DNA of 64,000 nucleotides from Eimeria praecox. Its lineage: Eukaryota. Location of the stretch: NCBI GenBank assembly GCA_963920595.1, contig OY986949.1:4154001-4218000 (forward strand), written 5' to 3'. The notes beneath the pieces are model-generated. The model was not told the DNA's origin. It saw only the letters and a program-made list of their open reading frames with translations, and searched no databases. Made by a program: the position numbers and the translations under genes. This document shows, one piece after another, positions 21,049-32,405 of this stretch (position 1 is the stretch's first letter; the number at the start of each line of letters is the position of its first letter).

Positions 21049-21225
21049 ACTGCTGTCGCTGCTGTTGCTGCTGTTGCTGCTGTTGCTGCTGTTGTTTTCA
21101 GTCTGTCCTGCTGTTGCTTCTGCTGCTGTTGCTTCTGCTGCTGTTGCTTCTGCTTCTGCTGCTGCTGCTGTTTTTGCTGCTGCTGCTTCTACTGCTTCTG
21201 TTGTTTGAGTGGCATCCGATGCTGC

Positions 21226-21279
<54 letters not shown>

Positions 21280-21354
21280 AGCAGCAGCAGCATCTTCTGT
21301 ACGCTGCAGCTTCGCTGGTCGGATATCCTCAGCAAATCTTACTCTGCCTTCCAT
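16744..21354 (-). CDS. RbAp46/48 (RBBP4/7, CAF-1 p48, MSI1/HAT2) family WD40 histone chaperone, about 14 exons
   Basis: Motifs EYNNWRVNTQILYDVLLNTSLEWPSLTVQWLP, RLLLGTHTSG, ARYMPQRPSIIA, LSWNPHREG, EDAEDGPPELL, FTHGGHLADIYDASWN and VASVANDNKLHIWQP are characteristic of this family. Confidence 0.9.
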
Positions 21355-21796
21355 CTCCCCTGTGTAGTTGTCTCTAGGGTTTAGGGTTTAGGGTTTAGGG
21401 TTTAGGGTTTAGGGTTTTAGGTGGGCTTGAAGCCACACTGCTGAGGAGAAATACGGCGCTTTGTCCTCAATCACACACTAACTAGGGTTTAGGGTTTAGG
21501 GTTTAGGGTTTAGGGTTTAGGGTTTTGGGTTTAGGGTTATACACTCGAGGCGCAGACAGACAAGACGCCACTCCGTGGGAGGGCAGCCGAAGACAGCGAG
21601 CGAGGGTTTAGGGTTTAGGGTTTAGGGTTTAGGGTTTAGGGTTTCATATTTGTGGTTTAACTGATAATAAAAAGAGTTTGTTATTCAATTCTATGCATTT
21701 TTAGGGTTTAAGGTTTAGGGTTTAGGGTTTAGGGTTTAGGGTTTAGGGTTTAGGGCTTGACTCAGAGCCACCGACCGCAACACGCCTTCTTCGCAT

Positions 21797-21833
<37 letters not shown>

Positions 21834-21947
21834 AAACAGCAGCAGCAGCAGCAGCAACAACAACAACAACAGCAACATCTTTAGTAGCAGAAGATAAACT
21901 ATCTACTCTCTCTCTCCCTCAGCTCCTACAAACCCCCCCCCCCCCGG

Positions 21948-21986
<39 letters not shown>

Positions 21987-22015
21987 AGGGCCGAGGTCTC
22001 GAGGCGTTTCCTTAA

Positions 22016-22047
<32 letters not shown>

Positions 22048-22051
22048 ACAT

Positions 22052-22111
<60 letters not shown>

Positions 22112-22208
22112 GATTCTTCATCCAAGACAGCAGCGGCGGCTCTTAGCTGCCAGACCCCGTCATCTAGGGTTTAGGGTTTAGGGTTTAGGGTTTAGGGTTT
22201 AGAGGAGC

Positions 22209-25200
22209 ATGTTGTGGGTTGATAAACACGCGCCTCGTCGGCTAGACGAGTTGGACTGCCATGAGCATCTTACGCCTCTTCTCCGTAGTGTCTGTCAAAC
22301 CCTAAACCCTAAACCCTAAACCCTAATCTATCAGTTTGCCTCTCTCTGGGTTTGGCTTTCCTTTGGAAGACGTATTCGTGTGTTTATAGGGGTTTATTGT
22401 TTAGTGTTTAAGATTTAGGGTTTAGGGTTTAGGGTTTAGGGTTTAGGGTTTAGGGTTTAGGGTTTAGGGTTTAGGGTTTTGTGTGGGGTGTCTGTACACC
22501 TCAGCTAGCAGCTAGCGACGCTCCCCCTCATTTATTGTTTTATGGGCCGAGTGGAGCGGGGAAGAAGACGAGAGCTCTCGCGTATTTACGAGAAATGTTT
22601 GGAGATGATATCGATAGGGTAGGGTTTAGGGTTTAGGGTTTAGGGTTTAGGGTTTAGGGTTTAGGGTTTAGGGTTTAGGGTTTGAGAGGGGGATCGGGGT
22701 TGGAGTTTGCTGGACGGGAAGAAATCTTATGAATGATGGCTTTGAGGGTTTTGTTATTATGCTTGCAAAACCCTCGTTCTAGGGGTTAGGGTTTGGGGTT
22801 TAGGGTTAGGGTTTAGGGTTTAGGGTTTAGGGTTTTGCTTGCAGGTTCGAGTAGAGACATTCGTCGAGACAGAAACAAATGCAGAGGCGACGATCTGTCA
22901 ATCTAATTCTCATATCATTCGTGAGGATTAGGGTTTAGGGTTTAGGGTTTAGGGTTTAGGGTTTAGGGTTTAGGATGTTGTAGTCAAAGCCCCCTAACTC
23001 TTCTTCTTTTATATTCTAGGGTTTAGGGTTTATTTTTATCTATTATAATAATGTAGTGTTATAATCTAGGTTTATGTTTATCTATTGTTTAGGGTTATCT
23101 AGGGTTTAGGGTTATCTAGGGTTATCTAGGGTTTAGGGTTTAGGGTTTGTGTGTTCAGTATCATGTGCTGAGTTTGGTTTAAGAGACAAACTCATTATAC
23201 AGGGTGTTATCAAAACCCTAGTTGAGGCTGCGCCTCAGGCCTCACTAGCTACTTCTTTCTTCTCCCTAAATAAAAAAACGAAACGATTTAGAGGTAATAA
23301 ACAATAAACCCTACATGATCTAGGGATTCAGGGGTAGGGTTTAGGGTTTAGGGTTTAGGGTTTAGGGTTTATAATCCAGTTCTGACGTGTCTTTAGAGGT
23401 CTCTAGAAAGGTACGGTTTAGGGTTTAGGGTTTAGGGTTTAGGGTTTAGGGTTTGTGTGTATAGTTGTTATATTACAAGATGCGGAATTGCTAAGCGAGT
23501 CGGCTCAACACGCTCTCCGTCGTTCTTTAGAATTGTTAGGGTTTAGGGTTTAGGGTTTAGGGTTTAGGGTTTAGGGTTTGTGTGTATAGTTGTTATATTA
23601 CAAGATGCAGAATTGCTAAGCGAGTCGGCTCAACACGCTCTCCGTCGTTCTTTAGAATTGTTAGGGTTTAGGGTTTAGGGTTTAGGGTTTAGGGTTTAGG
23701 GTTTAGGGTTTGTATGTATAGTTGTTATATTACAAGATGCAGAATTGCTAAGCGAGTCGGCTCAACACGCTCTCCGTCGTTCTTTAGAATTGTTAGGGTT
23801 TAGGGTTTAGGGTTTAGGGTTTAGGGTTTAGGGTTTGTGTGTATAGTTGTTATATTACAAGATGCGGAATTGCTAAGCGAGTCGGCTCAACACGCTCTCC
23901 GTCGTTCTTTAGAATTGTTAGGGTTTAGGGTTTAGGGTTTAGGGTTTAGGGTTTAGGGTTTGTGTGTATAGTTGTTATATTACAAGATGCAGAATTGCTA
24001 AGCGAGTCGGCTCAACACGCTCTCCGTCGTTCTTTAGAATTGTTAGGGTTTAGGGTTTAGGGTTTAGGGTTTAGGGTTTAGGGTTTGTGTGTATAGTTGT
24101 TATATTACAAGATGCGGAATTGCTAAGCGAGTCGGCTCAACACGCTCTCCGTCGTTCTTTAGAATTGTTAGGGTTTAGGGTTTAGGGTTTAGGGTTTAGG
24201 GTTTAGGGTTTGTGTGTATAGTTGTTATATTACAAGATGCAGAATTGCTAAGCGAGTCGGCTCAACACGCTCTCCGTCGTTCTTTAGAATTGTTAGGGTT
24301 TAGGGTTTAGAGTTTAGGGTTTAGGGTTTAGGGTTTAGGGTTTGTGTGTATAGTTGTTATATTACAAGATGCGGAATTGCTAAGCGAGTCGGCTCAACAC
24401 GCTCTCCGTCGTTCTTTAGAATTGTTAGGGTTTAGGGTTTAGGGTTTAGGGTTTAGGGTTTAGGGTTTAGGGTTTGTGTGTATAGTTGTTATATTACAAG
24501 ATGCGGAATTGCTAAGCGAGTCGGCTCAACACGCTCTCCGTCGTTCTTTAGAATTGTTAGGGTTTAGGGTTTAGGGTTTAGGGTTTAGGGTTTGTGTGTA
24601 TAGTTGTTATATTACAAGATGCAGAATTGCTAAGCGAGTCGGCTCAACACGCTCTCCGTCGTTCTTTAGAATTGTTAGGGTTTAGGGTTTAGGGTTTAGG
24701 GTTTAGGGTTTAGGGTTTAGGGTTTGTGTGTATAGTTGTTATATTACAAGATGCGGAATTGCTAAGCGAGTCGGCTCAACACGCTCTCCGTCGTTCTTTA
24801 GAATTGTTAGGGTTTAGGGTTTAGGGTTTAGGGTTTAGGGTTTAGGGTTTAGGGTTTGTGTGTATAGTTGTTATATTACAAGATGCGGAATTGCTAAGCG
24901 AGTCGGCTCAACACGCTCTCCGTCGTTCTTTAGAATTGTTAGGGTTTAGGGTTTAGGGTTTAGGGTTTAGGGTCTAGGGTTTGTGTGTATAGTTGTTATA
25001 TTACAAGATGCAGAATTGCTAAGCGAGTCGGCTCAACACGCTCTCCGTCGTTCTTTAGAATTGTTAGGGTTTAGGGTTTAGGGTTTAGGGTTTAGGGTTT
25101 AGGGTTTAGGGTTTGTGTGTATAGTTGTTATATTACAAGATGCGGAATTGCTAAGCGAGTCGGCTCAACACGCTCTCCGTCGTTCTTTAGAATTGTTAGG

Positions 25201-26858
25201 GTTTAGGGTTTAGGGTTTAGGGTTTAGGGTTTAGGGTTTAGGGTTTGTGTGTATAGTTGTTATATTACAAGATGCGGAATTGCTAAGCGAGTCGGCTCAA
25301 CACGCTCTCCGTCGTTCTTTAGAATTGTTAGGGTTTAGGGTTTAGGGTTTAGGGTTTAGGGTTTAGGGTTTAGGGTTTGTGTGTATAGTTGTTATATTAC
25401 AAGATGCAGAATTGCTAAGCGAGTCGGCTCAACACGCTCTCCGTCGTTCTTTAGAATTGTTAGGGTTTAGGGTTTAGGGTTTAGGGTTTAGGGTTTAGGG
25501 TTTAGGGTTTGTGTGTATAGTTGTTATATTACAAGATGCGGAATTGCTAAGCGAGTCGGCTCAACACGCTCTCCGTCGTTCTTTAGAATTGTTAGGGTTT
25601 AGGGTTTAGGGTTTAGGGTTTAGGGTTTAGGGTTTAGGGTTTGTGTGTATAGTTGTTATATTACAAGATGCGGAATTGCTAAGCGAGTCGGCTCAACACG
25701 CTCTCCGTCGTTCTTTAGAATTGTTAGGGTTTAGGGTTTAGGGTTTAGGGTTTAGGGTTTAGGGTTTAGGGTTTGTGTGTATAGTTGTTATATTACAAGA
25801 TGCAGAATTGCTAAGCGAGTCGGCTCAACACGCTCTCCGTCGTTCTTTAGAATTGTTAGGGTTTAGGGTTTAGGGTTTAGGGTTTAGGGTTTAGGGTTTA
25901 GGGTTTGTGTGTATAGTTGTTATATTACAAGATGCGGAATTGCTAAGCGAGTCGGCTCAACACGCTCTCCGTCGTTCTTTAGAATTGTTAGGGTTTAGGG
26001 TTTAGGGTTTAGGGTTTAGGGTTTAGGGTTTAGGGTTTGTGTGTATAGTTGTTATATTACAAGATGCGGAATTGCTAAGCGAGTCGGCTCAACACGCTCT
26101 CCGTCGTTCTTTAGAATTGTTAGGGTTTAGGGTTTAGGGTTTAGGGTTTAGGGTTTAGGGTTTGTGTGTATAGTTGTTATATTACAAGATGCAGAATTGC
26201 TAAGCGAGTCGGCTCAACACGCTCTCCGTCGTTCTTTAGAATTGTTAGGGTTTAGGGTTTAGGGTTTAGGGTTTAGGGTTTAGGGTTTAGGGTTTGTGTG
26301 TATAGTTGTTATATTACAAGATGCGGAATTGCTAAGCGAGTCGGCTCAACACGCTCTCCGTCGTTCTTTAGAATTGTTAGGGTTTAGGGTTTAGGGTTTA
26401 GGGTTTAGGGTTTAGGGTTTAGGGTTTGTGTGTATAGTTGTTATATTACAAGATGCGGAATTGCTAAGCGAGTCGGCTCAACACGCTCTCCGTCGTTCTT
26501 TAGAATTGTTAGGGTTTAGGGTTTAGGGTTTAGGGTTTAGGGTTTAGGGTTTGTGTGTATAGTTGTTATATTACAAGATGCAGAATTGCTAAGCGAGTCG
26601 GCTCAACACGCTCTCCGTCGTTCTTTAGAATTGTTAGGGTTTAGGGTTTAGGGTTTAGGGTTTAGGGTTTAGGGTTTAGGGTTTGTGTGTATAGTTGTTA
26701 TATTACAAGATGCGGAATTGCTAAGCGAGTCGGCTCAACACGCTCTCCGTCGTTCTCTGGAGTTGTCTGTTTCTTCTCTTCAATTTATTTTGTTGGCGTC
26801 AAATCCAACGCGAATTACGATGCCACTCAAATCTCGGTTAGTTTTATTTATTTATATT

Positions 26859-26901
<43 letters not shown>

Positions 26902-27301
26902 TGTTATTTAATTTAATTAATTTAAATAAGTTAAGTAGTCAAGAACAGATACGCAAGATGTAGAAGCACCAAAAGCAGCAAAAACAACAGCAGCAGCAGA
27001 AACAGCAGCAGCAGCAGCAGCAGCAACAACAAATACAGCAGCAGAAACAGCAGCAGCAGCACCAAATACAGCAGCAGCAGCAGCAACACCAAATACAGCA
27101 GCAGCAGCAGCACCAAATACAGCAGCAGCAGCAGCAACACCAAATACAGCAGCAGCAGCAACACCAAATACAGCAGCAGCAGCAGCAAATACAGCAGCAG
27201 CAAATACAGCAGCAGCAGCACCAAATACAGCAGCAGCAGCAGCACCAAATACAGCAGCACCAAATACAGCAGCAGCAAATACAGCAGCAGCAGCAGCAGC
27301 A

Positions 27302-27332
<31 letters not shown>

Positions 27333-28195
27333 GCTTGTTTGTTTGTGTGTAGGTGTTTGGGTATCCGTGTTCCTCTCCCTCCATCTAAAGAAGTTGTTAA
27401 TGTACTTAGAAAGATAGCAAAGAAAGAAGAAACACCCGTAAACCCTAAACCCTAAACCCTAAACCCTAAACCCTAGATACTTCTTTGAAAACCCTAAACC
27501 CAAACACGTTGTATACAAAACTGTAGGAGCAGCAGATCTGAACAGGCAGACATACTCCTCTTCATCTGTTGCTGCTGCTGCTGCTTCTGTTTTGCTGCTG
27601 CTGCTTCTGTTTTGCTGCTGCTGCTGCTGTTTTGCTGCTGCTGCTGCTGTTGTTCCGCTGCTGCTGCTGCTGCTGCTATTGCTGCTGCTATTGCTGCTGC
27701 TATTGCTGCTGCTATTGCTGCTGCTGCTGCAGGAAGAGCTAATCCCTGAATCCATGTTAAGTCAAGTGTGTCTGTACAGTAACCGCAATCTCCGTCGTTC
27801 GATTTTATCATTACAAAATATCTTATCATTTAATTTTGGTGCTGCTGCTGCTGCTGCAGCAGCAGCAGCAGCAGCAACATCAGGGAATACAGCAGCAGCA
27901 GCAGCAACAGCAGCAACAGCAGCAGGTAATACAGCAGCAGCAGCAGCAAAGATGCAGCAACTTCTGCTGTATGGCCACCCCAACTGTCCATTCCCTGCAG
28001 CATGGGAGGCATTAACAGATGAAGCAGCAGCACAGCTAGCAAAGAAGCCAGGTGTACATACACTCCAAAATATTAGAGGAATATTCTATGAAATTCTTGC
28101 TGCTCTTATACCCCCAGATTTGATGCTACTAAGAATAATTAAGTCTTTATTCTTCTTAAAACCAGGACAGCTACCTCCAGACACATCCGCAACAC

Positions 28196-28256
<61 letters not shown>

Positions 28257-28464
28257 CAGCAGCAGCAGCAGGGCAGCAGCAGCAGAAAAATATCTGCAGC
28301 AACGCAGCAGAAGGCTACTGCTGCTAGAGATAGTAAGCGATGCTGCTGCTGCTGCTGTCGGATTACAGCGAGGCAGCAAGCCTATCTTTCATCTTGAGGC
28401 GTTTGCGGCTTCAGCTATGAGAAGATTCAAAGCTTATGCAGAAACCCTAAACCCTAAACCCTAA
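22209..28464 (+). CDS. RFC3: Replication factor C small subunit (human RFC3 / yeast Rfc5 type). Approximate exons: 22209-22287, 22505-22618, 22845-22920, 23159-23293, 26695-26836, 27353-27437, 27733-28464.
   Basis: MLWVDKHAP; P-loop PHLLFYGPSGAGKKTR; VVILQDAELLSESAQHALRRSLE; PLKSRCLGIRVP; RNLRRSILSLQ; C-terminal GSKPIFHLEAF, which is typical of this subunit. Confidence 0.9.
23417..26757 (+). repeat. Tandem array of 26 units (~118-132 bp), each (AGGGTTT)n + splice acceptor + 5' part of RFC3 exon 5
   Basis: GTGTGTATAGTTGTTATATTACAAGATGC[G/A]GAATTGCTAAGCGAGTCGGCTCAACACGCTCTCCGTCGTTCT was counted 26 times. Only the last copy continues into the rest of the exon. Confidence 0.97.
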
Positions 28465-29960
28465 ACCCTAAACCCTAATTCGCTTACAGCGAGGCAGCAA
28501 GCCTATCTTTCATCTTGAGGCGTTTGCGGCTTCAGCTATGAGAAGATTCAAAGCTTATGCAGAAACCCTAAACCCTAAACCCTAAACCCTAAACCCTAAA
28601 CCCTAATTCGCTTACAGCGAGGCAGCAAGCCTATCTTTCATCTTGAGGCGTTTGCGGCTTCAGCTATGAGAAGATTCAAAGCTTATGCAGAAACCCTAAA
28701 CCCTAAACCCTAAACCCTAAACCCTAAACCCTAATTCGCTTACAGCGAGGCAGCAAGCCTATCTTTCATCTTGAGGCGTTTGCGGCTTCAGCTATGAGAA
28801 GATTCAAAGCTTATGCAGAAACCCTAAACCCTAAACCCTAAACCCTAAACCCTAATTCGCTTACAGCGAGGCAGCAAGCCTATCTTTCATCTTGAGGCGT
28901 TTGCGGCTTCAGCTATGAGAAGATTCAAAGCTTATGCAGAAACCCTAAACCCTAAACCCTAAACCCTAAACCCTAATTCGCTTACAGCGAGGCAGCAAGC
29001 CTATCTTTCATCTTGAGGCGTTTGCGGCTTCAGCTATGAGAAGATTCAAAGCTTATGCAGAAACCCTAAACCCTAAACCCTAAACCCTAAACCCTAATTC
29101 GCTTACAGCGAGGCAGCAAGCCTATCTTTCATCTTGAGGCGTTTGCGGCTTCAGCTATGAGAAGATTCAAAGCTTATGCAGAAACCCTAAACCCTAAACC
29201 CTAAACCCTAAACCCTAAACCCTAATTCGCTTACAGCGAGGCAGCAAGCCTATCTTTCATCTTGAGGCGTTTGCGGCTTCAGCTATGAGAAGATTCAAAG
29301 CTTATGCAGAAACCCTAAACCCTAAACCCTAAACCCTAATTCGCTTACAGCGAGGCAGCAAGCCTATCTTTCATCTTGAGGCGTTTGCGGCTTCAGCTAT
29401 GAGAAGATTCAAAGCTTATGCAGAAACCCTAAACCCTAAACCCTAAACCCTAAACCCTAAACCCTAAACCCTAATTCGCTTACAGCGAGGCAGCAAGCCT
29501 ATCTTTCATCTTGAGGCGTTTGCGGCTTCAGCTATGAGAAGATTCAAAGCTTATGCAGAAACCCTAAACCCTAAACCCTAAACCCTAAACCCTAATTCGC
29601 TTACAGCGAGGCAGCAAGCCTATCTTTCATCTTGAGGCGTTTGCGGCTTCAGCTATGAGAAGATTCAAAGCTTATGCAGAAACCCTAAACCCTAAACCCT
29701 AAACCCTAAACCCTAATTCGCTTACAGCGAGGCAGCAAGCCTATCTTTCATCTTGAGGCGTTTGCGGCTTCAGCTATGAGAAGATTCAAAGCTTATGCAG
29801 AAACCCTAAACCCTAAACCCTAAACCCTAAACCCTAAACCCTAATTCGCTTACAGCGAGGCAGCAAGCCTATCTTTCATCTTGAGGCGTTTGCGGCTTCA
29901 GCTATGAGAAGATTCAAAGCTTATGCAGAAACCCTAAACCCTAAGCCCTAAACCCTAATT
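28363..29960 (+). repeat. Tandem array of 13 units (original plus 12 copies, ~114-135 bp), each RFC3 C-terminal coding segment + (AAACCCT)n
   Basis: TTACAGCGAGGCAGCAAGCCTATCTTTCATCTTGAGGCGTTTGCGGCTTCAGCTATGAGAAGATTCAAAGCTTATGCAG repeats identically, separated by variable heptamer tracts and the linker TTCGC. Confidence 0.97.
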
Positions 29961-30199
29961 CTAACAATAAACCCTAATTCTAACAATAAACCCTAATTCA
30001 AACCCTAAACCCCACTTCAAACCCTAAACCCTATTTCAATCCCTAAACCCTAATGACAAACAACAAAAGCCTCTCTAAATCTATCCGTTTGTATTTTGTT
30101 TATATTATTTTATATTATTATTTATATTGTTAGCTTATTTTAATTATATTATTTATTTTATACATATTAATCTTAGATATATTATTTGTAAATACGTAG

Positions 30200-31432
<1,233 letters not shown>

Positions 31433-31435
<3 letters not shown>

Positions 31436-31633
31436 GTAGTATTGTTTAAGTAGCTGCTGCAGCTGATTTGGGGTTGTCAAGACCTGGATCGACGGCAGCG
31501 ACTTCCCCTCCAGTAATTTGAGTGTTGCCCCTCCTCCTGTAGATAGATGAGATAGCTTGAGATTAGGGTTTTGCTGCTGCAGCAGCTTAACAGCAGCAAG
31601 AGAATCTCCCCCTCCTACTATACTTGTTGCTCC

Positions 31634-31664
<31 letters not shown>

Positions 31665-31728
31665 ACTGCTGCACTTCCCTCACGAAACGCCGGATTCTCA
31701 GCATAGCCCATTGGCCCGTTCCTATACA

Positions 31729-31769
<41 letters not shown>

Positions 31770-31904
31770 CAGCAGCAGCAGCAGCAGAAGAGGCAGCAGC
31801 AGCAGCAGCAGAAGTGGCAGCAGCAGCAGCAAGACAGCAGCAGGAGCAGCAGCAGAAGAGGCAGAAGCAGCAGCACGGGCAGCAGAAGGAGCAGCAGCAA
31901 AAGA

Positions 31905-31935
<31 letters not shown>

Positions 31936-32370
31936 GCAGCAGCAGCAAACGCACGGAGAGGCAACTAGCTGACGGCGGCTTGTCTGTGCTTGTTGTTCTG
32001 AGTATGCTGCCTTTGGGAGGGTTTAGGGTCTAGGGTTTAGGGTTTAGGGTTTGCGTCTTACGTTTTAGGGTTTAGGGTTTGAATTAGGGTTTAGGGTTTG
32101 AATTAGGGTTTAGGGTTTGAATTAGGGTTTAGGGTTTGGATTAGGGTTTAGGGTTTGAATTAGGGTTTATGGTTTCGACTAGGCTCTCAGATTTAGATTA
32201 GGGTTTATTGTTTGAATTAGGGTTTATTGTTTGCATTAGGGTTTAGGGTTTAGGGTTTAGGGTTTAGGGTTTGTCCTGACCATACGATAGTTTTACATTG
32301 TTGTATTTCTTCAGCAAATAATTTATTTGTTTTGGGGCCGTTATCTAAAACCATCAGACTAGGATCAAAC

Positions 32371-32405
<35 letters not shown>

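Noticed and set aside
24205..26690. Three 70-nt decoy exons spliced together restoring frame (matching the trimer periodicity)
   Set aside because: The third frame contains a TAA (TGC TAA), so the 210-nt product is not open.
23417..29960. CRISPR array (regular repeat/spacer appearance)
   Set aside because: The non-telomeric segments are identical rather than unique spacers and derive from the host RFC3 gene. The context is eukaryotic and no cas genes are present.
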